Under the pieces are notes generated by a model, which saw only the letters and a program-made list of their open reading frames with translations, had not been told where the DNA came from and did no database searches. Shown piece by piece: positions 19,305 through 28,885 of a DNA stretch of 51,760 nt. A program made the translations under genes and the position numbers. Numbering within the stretch: the stretch's first letter is position 1; each line of letters starts with the position of its first letter. Source of the DNA: a virus (Duplodnaviria; Heunggongvirae; Uroviricota; Caudoviricetes); the IMG/VR virus record IMGVR_UViG_3300028920_001945, positions 64,001 through 115,760 of that record. One strand, written 5' to 3'.

Positions 19305-19827
19305 GATTATGCACCTCTCTATGACAATTCTCACATAAAGTTATACCATTATCTATATCAAATATTAATAATGGATATTTTGAGAATTCTTTGATGTGAT
19401 GAGCATTTAAATTTATCCTTTTTCCGTTACCACATCTAGCTCCACAATTCTGACATGTATAATTATCTCTTTTATATACAGAATCTCTCCATTTTGTATA
19501 TTGTTTTGAATTTCTTATTAATTTATTTATTTTAGTTGTACCTCCATTCCAATTTGGATTAGATTCTCCATAACAGTTCCACATTGGATTATTTTCACCC
19601 GATAATTCACCACGTTTCATTCTACATGCCATACATAAACATCCATCTTTATGAAAATCCTTAGATTTATTTTTTAATGATTCTGACCTATTCCTTCTTC
19701 TTAAATTGTGATGAATCATTGATTTTAATACCCATCTCCCACTATAACCCAATTTTTTAGCTATTTCATTACTAGAAAGATTTTTATTATAGTAGTAATC
19801 TATTAGGATATTTTTATCTATGTACAT
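19297..19827 (-). CDS. HNH homing endonuclease
   Basis: N-terminal HTH-like segment, NPNWNGG, KRDNYTCQNCG..AHHIK..NGITLCENCH. Confidence 0.9.
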   Translation of the reverse strand: MYIDKNILIDYYYNKNLSSNEIAKKLGYSGRWVLKSMIHHNLRRRNRSESLKNKSKDFHKDGCLCMACRMKRGELSGENNPMWNCYGESNPNWNGGTTKINKLIRNSKQYTKWRDSVYKRDNYTCQNCGARCGNGKRINLNAHHIKEFSKYPLLIFDIDNGITLCENCHREVHNLV

Positions 19828-20300
19828 TAATATATGCCTCCAAAGGGATTAAACATATTTCCTCCCCTACCCATTTTAACTCTAGACCAGAAGTATGATG
19901 CTACAACCAGACCGAATACCCCAGCAAGTATCTTCCACATATCGAATACTATTGTAAGAGGCATATCAAACATGTATAGCATAAGCATAGTCATAAGGAA
20001 GAATCCCTCAACTACAATTAAAGTAAGGATACCCCTAACTGTACCACGTGGCCATCCAAAAGGTTCTTCTCTATTCTCAGGATCCTGTGCTAATTCCATG
20101 ACAGGGCCATCTGAATTGATTCCTAAAAATGGACATCCTATATTAATATCTCTATTACCAACTTTTTCTATAGCAGTTTTGGTTATGTTTTCTCTACTCT
20201 TTATTTTCTGTTTTCTAATCTCATTTTCCTCTTCTATAGTTTTTTCTAGTAATTCTCTTCTTTTTATTCTATTTTTTCTAATATTATCTAATATTTTCAT
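19827..20300 (-). CDS. Small two-TM membrane protein (possible holin-like)
   Basis: PFGWPRGTVRGILTL followed by two hydrophobic helices; sits at the end of the late block. Confidence 0.5.
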   Translation of the reverse strand: MKILDNIRKNRIKRRELLEKTIEEENEIRKQKIKSRENITKTAIEKVGNRDINIGCPFLGINSDGPVMELAQDPENREEPFGWPRGTVRGILTLIVVEGFFLMTMLMLYMFDMPLTIVFDMWKILAGVFGLVVASYFWSRVKMGRGGNMFNPFGGIY

Positions 20301-20305
20301 TTTAT

Positions 20306-20794
20306 CTATAAATTTTGGTTACCTGAAATATAAGCTTCTATCTTAACGTTAAACCATCCAGAAGATCCCTTTATTGGATTACTGGTTATATTTTTTGGAT
20401 ATACTACTTTTACATCTCTCATTCCATATAAGGAACTACGAGTCATGGTGGTAGGTTTTTCTATTGGAGATAACAATAATGTATTATTGGAAGTCCAAGT
20501 CTTATCATAATACAATGGTTCTCCTAAAATTGTATATAATTCAGATACTGCTCCCGGTATTGTATTACTAAGCAGAGTATCTAAATCACCCTTTTTTAGC
20601 CAGGTCTCTATTATAATCTGGTAGTTATCTACATCCCACCTTGAGCATCTACAATCAATAAAATCATTCACATCACTACTAAAAAATATTGCTAGATCGT
20701 AAGCATGTGTTCTCCAATTAAACCCATCTACATCTGAAAAATAATATGGAAAATGAAAATGAGATGCATTTGGATATTCTACTTCTCTAGTCAT
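20306..20794 (-). CDS. Tail-tip protein, paralog family A copy 4 (Dit-like?)
   Basis: IDCRCSRWD..IIIETWLKK..PGAVSELYTILGEP.YYDKTWT shared with 23511, 24977 and 25347. Confidence 0.6.
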   Translation of the reverse strand: MTREVEYPNASHFHFPYYFSDVDGFNWRTHAYDLAIFFSSDVNDFIDCRCSRWDVDNYQIIIETWLKKGDLDTLLSNTIPGAVSELYTILGEPLYYDKTWTSNNTLLLSPIEKPTTMTRSSLYGMRDVKVVYPKNITSNPIKGSSGWFNVKIEAYISGNQNL

Positions 20795-21825
20795 GGTCTA
20801 CCTCCTCCCATATATGAGCCAGAAACCCATATCCATCTAGTTGGATTACCACTAGGATACCAATGAGTCGATGAGCTAGATATTACATACCATTTCCAAG
20901 ATGTGCCTGACCCAGTAAAAGAGCACATACCAGATGCATAATTAAAATTTCCAGAATTCCATGTCCATCCTAAAGCTACATGACTTGAACCTGAATGTTG
21001 GCATGTCTTAAAGTAAGTATGTGAAGATATAGCAATATCAGAAACAGTATGGTATGTATAATAATCCTCATGCCAATCATCACCACCACCATCTGGTGAA
21101 GTATTGTTTTTATCTGGATTATCACAAGTAAAGTTTGCAATCAGTATTCCAGAACCATTAATCGTAGCTTCAGCACCCCAATTGCCACCTCCATATGGAG
21201 ATGGGTCAAGACACGAAGCTGCAAGTGGATGGTCAGCATTGGAATCACCCAATTGTGGATTACCAGAACCGTATCGAAGTTGTGCTGTTCTTGTACCTGA
21301 ACGAACCTTTACTCCATTTATCCATAAACCCATATCCCCCTGTGCACCGCCTTCTGAGCAATATTGAAAACTAACAACAAACCAACCAGGTAAATCTTCA
21401 TCTGGTATTTCGTGAATAACATTGTCTTGAGGTGTACCACTAGCATTATGAGTACAGCATATCTCTACACCAGTTTCTGTAGCTCTTAAAAACCCTGCTT
21501 GTGCATGTGTTCCACCACCATTATGAAATAACCCATATACCTGACTGTGTGTCAATTCAGCTGGAATATATAATAACATCGCTGCATCAGTGATGATGTA
21601 TATATCCATCCATCCACTAGCAGGTGGATTGTTGTTACTATTCATTCCCTCATAACTTTCTTGAGTGGATATATCACCAGAGCCTACATTGGTATTATCA
21701 TCATTACCTGAATCATCTCTACCGAAATTGGTACCAAGATTGGTACTGTTTAATTCCCAGTAAGTATGAGGATTTTGAGCTGTAATGAAATCTTCTCGTC
21801 CATTCTTAGGTGTTATTGAAGTCAT
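20791..21825 (-). CDS. LamG/concanavalin-like jelly-roll domain protein (putative receptor binding)
   Basis: PHTYWELN..GRDDSGN, WFVVSFQY, GLWINGVKV. Confidence 0.6.
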   Translation of the reverse strand: MTSITPKNGREDFITAQNPHTYWELNSTNLGTNFGRDDSGNDDNTNVGSGDISTQESYEGMNSNNNPPASGWMDIYIITDAAMLLYIPAELTHSQVYGLFHNGGGTHAQAGFLRATETGVEICCTHNASGTPQDNVIHEIPDEDLPGWFVVSFQYCSEGGAQGDMGLWINGVKVRSGTRTAQLRYGSGNPQLGDSNADHPLAASCLDPSPYGGGNWGAEATINGSGILIANFTCDNPDKNNTSPDGGGDDWHEDYYTYHTVSDIAISSHTYFKTCQHSGSSHVALGWTWNSGNFNYASGMCSFTGSGTSWKWYVISSSSTHWYPSGNPTRWIWVSGSYMGGGRP

Positions 21826-21837
21826 TTAATTACCTCA

Positions 21838-23511
21838 TCAGGTACTCATGCCCATTTGGATCCATTCATAAGCATCTGCATCATTCTTGACACACATATA
21901 GATGTATGTCTTCTCACCAGCTGCACCAGATGTTCTAATCAATTGACCAGCCAAGGATTCTGCAGCAGCAGGTCTCGTATGGTATAAAGGAGTTATCCAA
22001 GAGCCCGATATAGGTCCTTGTGAAGATACACTCCCAAATACACCATTTACCCCATCATAATGAGCAACTTGTGCACTAGCATAAGCTCTACTATACTCAT
22101 CTCCAGAGGCAACAAAATTACTTATTTTATTACTAGATTCTTCATACCATGACCATAAGGTGTTCCCTGAGTCTATATAAAAGAAATTGCTACTTATAGT
22201 TGCACCCTCAATAAAATCTAGTGCATCAATCCTATCCGATAAACTTCCAGATATAGTGGATAACTTAGAACTTGATTCCGTATACCAATTATAAGCAGAA
22301 GTATATTCTTGACCCGATTCTCCTATTCTAGATAAATCTGTAGATATCTTAGAAGAAGAGTCTGAGTACCAATCCCATAGAATATTACCAGATCCAATTA
22401 AAAAGAAGTTGCTACTAACAGTAGCTCCTGTTAAACTATCTATTGCATTTATTCTATCTGAAAGTGAACCAGAAATAATTGATAATTTCTCTCCTGATTC
22501 TATAAACCAATCATAGACTATCTTATGTTGACTTGATACCCCAGCTCCTAAACTGGATGGATAAAAAGCTCCACTAGCATTATAGGAATCCGATAATAAA
22601 AATTTACTTTGAATAGAACTACTACCAGCAAACTTACTAATAGCATTTGTACTATTAACATAGTTAGCTATTATATTAGCGGATGTCATATATAGGTCAT
22701 CATTAAATGATCCAGCTATATTACTATTATTAGCCGATACAAAGTTAGCATATAAACCACCCTGCGATGATATGTAGTTTGTTATTCTTGCAATACTACC
22801 TGAATAAGCTTGGGCTGAGACTGTACCTACAACTTGGAGTTTATAAGCTGGAGTGACTTGTCCTATTCCAACAAAACCAGTTTCTCCATCGGAATGAATG
22901 ACTTCATTATCTTCAGAATCATAGGTTATAAAATCAGTATCATTACTATCCCCAGCAATTTGTACTGTACCAGGTCCAACTGATAATCCTAAACCACCAC
23001 CAGCTACAATACCTACTAAATCCTCTTCCATTGTAATAGCATCAACACCAGAATTTATAGTAAATTTAGCTTCTGGTGTTTCTCCCCCTCTAAGAGATAA
23101 ATATGATACTTCTCCTGATGCAATAATAGAGGTTGTCCAATCAGAACCATCAGTCTGAAATTGAATATATTGAGTTGGTGAACCAATATGTCGAATATAT
23201 TCATTAGTAGCTAGACTATTAGCTGAAATAGATTTAGCATTGTAGATAGTTTTTGAATTCCAATCCTTGTCAGCATCTATAGTCAAGTCTGATAGATTAG
23301 ATACTCCTACTCCAGAACCTGACTTATAGGGTCTCCACTTTTGTCCAGCATTATCCCAAATGATAGAAGAGTTATGCCAATCTGAGGAGTTCCAGGTTTG
23401 AAGATCAGCCATACCTGTTATGTTCCAGTGTTTCTTGATATCAGTAACCATAGTATTCCATTCAGATGCTGTTATAGCACTTCCAGATTCTTGAGTATCA
23501 TCCCATGCCAT
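21838..23511 (-). CDS. Tail fibre-like protein with internal repeats
   Basis: N-terminal WDD..SG.AITASEWN.MV; GFVGIGQVTPAYKLQVVG fibre motif; tandem duplication ISGSLSDRI..GAT.SSNFF..SGN.LW.WY. Confidence 0.7.
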   Translation of the reverse strand: MAWDDTQESGSAITASEWNTMVTDIKKHWNITGMADLQTWNSSDWHNSSIIWDNAGQKWRPYKSGSGVGVSNLSDLTIDADKDWNSKTIYNAKSISANSLATNEYIRHIGSPTQYIQFQTDGSDWTTSIIASGEVSYLSLRGGETPEAKFTINSGVDAITMEEDLVGIVAGGGLGLSVGPGTVQIAGDSNDTDFITYDSEDNEVIHSDGETGFVGIGQVTPAYKLQVVGTVSAQAYSGSIARITNYISSQGGLYANFVSANNSNIAGSFNDDLYMTSANIIANYVNSTNAISKFAGSSSIQSKFLLSDSYNASGAFYPSSLGAGVSSQHKIVYDWFIESGEKLSIISGSLSDRINAIDSLTGATVSSNFFLIGSGNILWDWYSDSSSKISTDLSRIGESGQEYTSAYNWYTESSSKLSTISGSLSDRIDALDFIEGATISSNFFYIDSGNTLWSWYEESSNKISNFVASGDEYSRAYASAQVAHYDGVNGVFGSVSSQGPISGSWITPLYHTRPAAAESLAGQLIRTSGAAGEKTYIYMCVKNDADAYEWIQMGMST

Positions 23512-23978
23512 TATATACTACCTCCACTAACATATCCCTCTATTTTACAATTAATCCATAAAGAATTTCCCTTAATGGGAGTTGAAGTTATATTTTTAAC
23601 AAATATTAATTTTTCATTTCTCATTTCTTTTAAACTACTATTACTAGATGGGTTTGGTCTTAATCTAACAGTATTACTAGCCGTCCAGGTTTTGTCATAA
23701 TAAAATGGCTTTCCCAATACATTATATAATTCATCAACAGCACCCGGAACTATATTATCCCTTAAGTCCTTTAAGGCATCTTTCTTTAACCAAGTTTCTA
23801 CCTTTATAGAATAATTATCATAATCCCATCTAGAGCACCAACAATCTATCCAGTTATAATCCGTTATAGGAGGATAATATATAAGTAAATCTCCATTAGC
23901 ATCACCAGGAGGATGCCCACCAAAATATATTACAATATCATCAGAAATTCCATAGGGGAAATCATAAAAGTTTGCCAT
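23511..23978 (-). CDS. Tail-tip protein, paralog family A copy 3 (Dit-like?)
   Basis: IDCWCSRWD..VETWLKK..PGAVDELYNVLGKPFYYDKTWT..KNITSTPIKG. Confidence 0.6.
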   Translation of the reverse strand: MANFYDFPYGISDDIVIYFGGHPPGDANGDLLIYYPPITDYNWIDCWCSRWDYDNYSIKVETWLKKDALKDLRDNIVPGAVDELYNVLGKPFYYDKTWTASNTVRLRPNPSSNSSLKEMRNEKLIFVKNITSTPIKGNSLWINCKIEGYVSGGSI

Positions 23979-23984
23979 ATTTAT

Positions 23985-24962
23985 CTAAATCAATGTTAAA
24001 TCTAGTTTAAGCCATCTACCAGAGTTAGAGGTACACATATATGGTTGAGTGTAAGTAGTACTACCAGACATCCATATAGTTCCAGCAGTCTTGATAGGTT
24101 CAGTGTTAGTTGGAGTGATAGTTGTTGTGTTGACAGTATTGATTGAGTTTGCAGATACAAAGTTAGTATATAAACCTTGATTTGATGATATGGAGCCACT
24201 AACATGTAAATGAGTTTGAGGATCCATTGTATTTATACCAAAGTATCCACTGTTAGATGAATACCAAATATATGTAAACCCACCCCCTAATGCAATTCCA
24301 CTTTTAGTGATATATAAAATGTTACCTTCATATAATGCTGCACATGCACCAAATTCATCATTAATAGCAAATCCACCTGTTGATGTGTACATCCCAAGTG
24401 TATTAGGTTCTACACTTATATATGAATCATCAACTTCAAGTGTGAATTCATCATTTTGAAACTCCATCTGACTATGATAATTTCCCGATATTACTATATC
24501 AAGACCATCATCCTGTAGTTCAAGATAAGTTTCCCCATTACTAATTTCAACTAAAAAAAGATTTTCAAAAAGGTTATCAACTAATGCAATATAAGAATTA
24601 TAATCTTTTAGAAAAACCTCAAAAGTACTTTCTCCATTAGATGCTTCTTCAATATATATTCCTGTTTCTCCATCATTTAATACAACATCAAATCCATGAT
24701 CATTCCCACCTAAAATATAACAATAATCAACACCTCCAGATGCATTCATATAGGTTATATAAGCTTCATCTATTTCAAATCCAAAGGATTGAATTGGATG
24801 TCCAATGTGGTATATACTACTACCACATGATATAGTATTTGCTGAGATTGCATTATAGGTAGCTCCACTTTGTAGAGAATTCTGTATATAGTCAACCATA
24901 TTATTCCAATTAGTTGTAGTGATGGCTTGACCATCTTCTGCAGTAGAATACCAATCATCCAT
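23985..24962 (-). CDS. Tail fibre-like protein
   Basis: N-terminal G.AITTTNWNNMV; GYFGINTMDPQTHLHVSG fibre motif; short C-terminal AGTIWMSG..YMCT..W module. Confidence 0.7.
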   Translation of the reverse strand: MDDWYSTAEDGQAITTTNWNNMVDYIQNSLQSGATYNAISANTISCGSSIYHIGHPIQSFGFEIDEAYITYMNASGGVDYCYILGGNDHGFDVVLNDGETGIYIEEASNGESTFEVFLKDYNSYIALVDNLFENLFLVEISNGETYLELQDDGLDIVISGNYHSQMEFQNDEFTLEVDDSYISVEPNTLGMYTSTGGFAINDEFGACAALYEGNILYITKSGIALGGGFTYIWYSSNSGYFGINTMDPQTHLHVSGSISSNQGLYTNFVSANSINTVNTTTITPTNTEPIKTAGTIWMSGSTTYTQPYMCTSNSGRWLKLDLTLI

Positions 24963-24976
24963 ACTTTATCATTCTC

Positions 24977-25354
24977 CTATAAAATTTGATTACCACTTAA
25001 ATAACCCTCTATCTTACAATTTAACCAAAGAGAGTCCCCCCTAATAGGGGTTGAGGTTATATTCTTAACGTATATAATTTTATCAGTCTTCATATTATAT
25101 AAATTACTAAAATTATCAGAATCTGGTATTAATCTAATGGTATTTTCAGCAGTCCAAGTTTTATCGTAATAAAAAGGTTTTCCTAATACTGTGTATAGTT
25201 CATCTACTGCACCTGGAGTTATATTGTCTCTAAGATTCTTTAAGTCTGACTTCTTTAACCAAGCCTCCATTATTACTTGATAACTATCAGAGTCCCATCT
25301 ACTACAATTACAATCTATGGAAAAATTATTACCTGATATAGTTAAATCATTCAT
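24977..25354 (-). CDS. Tail-tip protein, paralog family A copy 2 (Dit-like?)
   Basis: IDCNCSRWD..MEAWLKK..PGAVDELYTVLGKPFYYDKTWT. Confidence 0.6.
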   Translation of the reverse strand: MNDLTISGNNFSIDCNCSRWDSDSYQVIMEAWLKKSDLKNLRDNITPGAVDELYTVLGKPFYYDKTWTAENTIRLIPDSDNFSNLYNMKTDKIIYVKNITSTPIRGDSLWLNCKIEGYLSGNQIL

Positions 25355-25733
25355 TTATACGATAACCCTCGATCTTTATATTAAAATAATTTGGATTTAT
25401 AAAGGAGTCGCTTATATTCTTAACTCCTATCATTCTTTTTTCTCTTAAACTAGATATTCCAAATCCATGTTGAGGCTCAAATATAAGGGTATTAGCAGAC
25501 GCATAGGTGGTATCTATAAAGTATGGATCTCCTAATATACTATATAATTCCTTTACTGCTCCAGGAGTTACATAAGTAAATAGCTCATTTCTTGCTCCAG
25601 ACCTCATAAATGTTTCTATAATTACAGACCAATTATCTTCATCCCATCTATTACAGAAACATTCTATATAATTATTGGGATAACTATTACAACTATAATA
25701 GATCCTTAATCCATCTCCCTCTTTAAATGACAT
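25347..25733 (-). CDS. Tail-tip protein, paralog family A copy 1 (Dit-like?)
   Basis: IECFCNRWD..IETFM..PGAVKELYSILGDPYFID.TY. Confidence 0.6.
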   Translation of the reverse strand: MSFKEGDGLRIYYSCNSYPNNYIECFCNRWDEDNWSVIIETFMRSGARNELFTYVTPGAVKELYSILGDPYFIDTTYASANTLIFEPQHGFGISSLREKRMIGVKNISDSFINPNYFNIKIEGYRINE

Positions 25734-25734
25734 A

Positions 25735-27207
25735 TTAATCTAATGTTATCCTCCTCCAGCTAGAACCGGTACAGGTATATAATCCTCCACAATTAGTTCC
25801 ATTACTGGACATCCATATTTCTCCCACTACAGGAGCTGGATTATTTCTCTTAACTGGTTTTAATTTTAATAAATCAGTTAACATAGCTCCTCCTGATATT
25901 GCCTGTGAAGATACACCAACTGATTCAACTTCATCTATTATTAATTTTCCAGCAGTTAATTCACCATCCCAGGCACTACCATCTCCTAATTTAACACAGT
26001 GATTATCAAATTCTCCATAAATTAGAGGATAAGAAGTATCTGAATTAGATATGTATAATTTATTTGATCCAGTTTCATTTTCACCAGCCTGATTTCCCAA
26101 AGCTACATTATAATCTCCAGTTACATTATCAAGAAGAGCTTTAGCACCAATAGCTGTATTATATTCTCCTCCATTTACCTTATTTTGTGCAGCATAACCT
26201 ATAGCAGTATTATAATCATCTGATACACTTTCATCCATAGTAAAAGATCCAACTGCTACATTCCAGCTGCCACCATTTCTAACTTTTAAAGCCGATTGTC
26301 CAAGTGCTACACATTCCTGCCCGCCTGTTCCTCCAGCATCATTCCCAATCAGTACATTCATAGAACCTTGTTCTATATCTATTCTTCCATCAATCCCAAG
26401 AATATCATCATCATCATCCCAAGATAATTTAGCATCTGCACCATATGCACCATCATTATTATAAATTATATGTCCATCACTACCCGGTGCACCTTCATTT
26501 ATAGTCTCAGCCGTCATATCAATATTTGTCTTCATGGCACCGAGTTCAGAGGATAAATCAAATTCTGCTTCACCAAAGTCTATTGTGGTGTAGAAACCAT
26601 CTTTATCTAGAGTATGGGTATATCCTAATATATTATGGGTTCCACTAATATTAATGTAATCAACATCAAATGTCACTCCCTTTTGTAGAGTTAGTGTTTC
26701 ATCTCCTTGGATTGTTACTCTTCCAGTTAACTTTGGAATTCCAAATCTTCTTATATAGGAATCAGCCATCTTCTGAGCATCATCATCATCCTGTACTTGA
26801 GTATCAGTTATAACTTTTCTATAAGTACCATAAGTAGCAATGGATGTAGCATCAGTTTGTGTAGCCTCTATTTCATTTGGTCCCTTAATTACAATTGAGT
26901 TACATAAGTCATAATCAGACCATGTAAAGGGTTCATATTCAACTATATCATCCTCCGTTACGGTTATAGAGACCACATTACTGGGTTTAAAGTAATGGAG
27001 TTCAAAGTCCTTATCAACATAAAAAGAATATCCATCATATCTAGATACTCTTTTTATTACCTCTCCTAGAGGTACATTGTCAAATGTATATGGACCCGTA
27101 AGATAACTACCCGTAGTGGGTTGTACCAAATTACTATTTACATAATTTGAATAGGTATCTATAATATCTATTATATAATTAGTAGTCCAATCAGTATCTA
27201 GTGTCAT
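25735..27207 (-). CDS. Baseplate hub/Tal-like protein (lacking first domain) with C-terminal beta-roll fibre/spike
   Basis: TFDNVPLGEVIKRVSRYDGYSFYVDKDFELHYF, ATSIATYG, DAQKMADSYI hub motifs; NTAIG/NVALG repeats. Confidence 0.7.
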   Translation of the reverse strand: MTLDTDWTTNYIIDIIDTYSNYVNSNLVQPTTGSYLTGPYTFDNVPLGEVIKRVSRYDGYSFYVDKDFELHYFKPSNVVSITVTEDDIVEYEPFTWSDYDLCNSIVIKGPNEIEATQTDATSIATYGTYRKVITDTQVQDDDDAQKMADSYIRRFGIPKLTGRVTIQGDETLTLQKGVTFDVDYINISGTHNILGYTHTLDKDGFYTTIDFGEAEFDLSSELGAMKTNIDMTAETINEGAPGSDGHIIYNNDGAYGADAKLSWDDDDDILGIDGRIDIEQGSMNVLIGNDAGGTGGQECVALGQSALKVRNGGSWNVAVGSFTMDESVSDDYNTAIGYAAQNKVNGGEYNTAIGAKALLDNVTGDYNVALGNQAGENETGSNKLYISNSDTSYPLIYGEFDNHCVKLGDGSAWDGELTAGKLIIDEVESVGVSSQAISGGAMLTDLLKLKPVKRNNPAPVVGEIWMSSNGTNCGGLYTCTGSSWRRITLD

Positions 27208-27209
27208 AA

Positions 27210-28538
27210 TTAATCAGGTTCTCCCTCTCCTCCTCCCTCTTCTCCTTCAGTATCAATATCTCTCCATAAAAGATAATTTAATCCTATAAGATCAAGGGTT
27301 GTTTTCTTAACACCTTCTGATGTTGTACGAACATCAGATATATATCCATTAAAAATATCAACATCATTTACCGTAATTGTAATATATAATCCAATTTTTA
27401 CAGTTGATGGTGCATTTATCATTTCAACCTTACCAGTTCCATACATACTTTCTTTATCTTGACTAACTTCTATTGATAGTATATTTTTAGAATTTGTATC
27501 AAATTCCTCAATAATTTTAGCATCCACATTTTTATAGCATATAAGTTCTGGATCACCTTCAAATCCTTCAAATGGATTAAATGTTTCATACCATCCTATT
27601 GTATGAATATAATTTCCCATTTTTTCAATAGCCTTTAGAAAAGCAGCTGCTGAATCAGGTCTATGAGTTGATGCTTTTACAACTATATCTCCATCTACAA
27701 TGGATATTTTTTTAATAAAAAAGTTAGTATATTCAACACTAATACATGGAAATGCATATGTCCCATCTCCAGTTATAACAATAGAAGGATCTGATAATGA
27801 ATCTACATAAGTAAAGGTTGATCCATCAAAAGTATATACAAGTAATGCATCATTTGATGCTATATATACATAATTATTATCTGCATATATATCATATAAG
27901 ATATCTTCATGACCATCAAGGTCGGTTAATGAAGCTTTAAATACAAGTCCATCCACTTCATCCATAGTATAGGCACAAATTCCCCAACTTTCAGATAATG
28001 TAAATATATAAGTATCATTATAATCTATCACATCATATTCCTCACCATCAGGATGATCTATGTCGTCCTTGAAAGTAAAATTAGAACCATCAAATGTATA
28101 ACAACGAAGATTATCACCTCCACCAATAAATATATAATCATCATTAGCTTCTATGCTATCTATTACCCTATTACCAGTATATGCCATATCTAATGTCTTC
28201 CTTTTTGTAAGGCTACTTCCATCAAATGAATAAGCAATAACGTAATCTCCAGTATTTTCTACTGCCATATATATATAATTTCCATCAGAGCATATACCTT
28301 TAGCATTATCATAAGTAGTCTCATTAATAGTATCTTCTAGGGTATAAGTTGAACCATTAAATGAAAATGCCTTTATTATGGGATAATCTGAGTCTCCACT
28401 CTCATCATAGCCAACATATATATAGGTACCATCAACTGCTAAGTAAGGATCACCTCCCATATATGATGTTAAAGAATGTCTATTAATATAAAATAGATCA
28501 TCTCTATCCCTGAGCTCCATGTCATAAGTTAATCCCAT
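27210..28538 (-). CDS. Hub N-terminal-like domain with inserted ~7-blade LVIVD-like beta-propeller
   Basis: Blades DGTYIYV, DGNYIYM, NDDYIFI, NDTYIFT, DNNYVYI, DGTYAFP, MGNYIHT; C-terminal ~85 aa paralogous to 28546-28875. Confidence 0.7.
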   Translation of the reverse strand: MGLTYDMELRDRDDLFYINRHSLTSYMGGDPYLAVDGTYIYVGYDESGDSDYPIIKAFSFNGSTYTLEDTINETTYDNAKGICSDGNYIYMAVENTGDYVIAYSFDGSSLTKRKTLDMAYTGNRVIDSIEANDDYIFIGGGDNLRCYTFDGSNFTFKDDIDHPDGEEYDVIDYNDTYIFTLSESWGICAYTMDEVDGLVFKASLTDLDGHEDILYDIYADNNYVYIASNDALLVYTFDGSTFTYVDSLSDPSIVITGDGTYAFPCISVEYTNFFIKKISIVDGDIVVKASTHRPDSAAAFLKAIEKMGNYIHTIGWYETFNPFEGFEGDPELICYKNVDAKIIEEFDTNSKNILSIEVSQDKESMYGTGKVEMINAPSTVKIGLYITITVNDVDIFNGYISDVRTTSEGVKKTTLDLIGLNYLLWRDIDTEGEEGGGEGEPD

Positions 28539-28545
28539 AATTAAA

Positions 28546-28875
28546 TCACTCTATTATTCCCTCATCCACAACATCCTTCCATAGTAGAGATGTTACACCC
28601 GTTAGATTTAGAGTGGTTTCTCTTTTACCTATAGAAGTTATAGCTATATCAGATATAAATCCCACAAATAAATCAGTTCCATTTACGCTTATTTCAATTT
28701 TCATTCCTATTGTTATTGCGGTAGGTAAATTAATCATACTGAGTCTACCCTTTGAATAGTTATCCGTCTTAGTATTAGATATTTCTAAAAAACTTATTTC
28801 CTCGTCTTCCTGGTCATATTCCCAAGTAGTACCTTCATCCACTGAAGTTATAGTTATATCAAATGTTACAGCCAT
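28546..28875 (-). CDS. Hub N-terminal-like domain protein
   Basis: IEISVNGTDLFVGFISD..TTLNLTG..LLWKD pattern typical of the first domain of hub proteins; immediately follows the tape measure. Confidence 0.55.
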   Translation of the reverse strand: MAVTFDITITSVDEGTTWEYDQEDEEISFLEISNTKTDNYSKGRLSMINLPTAITIGMKIEISVNGTDLFVGFISDIAITSIGKRETTLNLTGVTSLLWKDVVDEGIIE

Positions 28876-28885
28876 ATATTACACC

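Noticed and set aside
19834-20346. Long + strand ORF and other antisense ORFs (e.g. 3890-4084, 5267-5554, 29667-34025 set, 36454-36729, 42420-42737)
   Set aside because: They lie opposite well-supported, operon-coupled genes, have no recognisable motifs and reflect antisense codon bias.
20306-28875. Diversity-generating retroelement or shufflon for fibre variation
   Set aside because: No reverse transcriptase or recombinase in the window, all cassettes are on one strand, and paralogs differ at synonymous sites rather than showing A-specific TR/VR mismatches.
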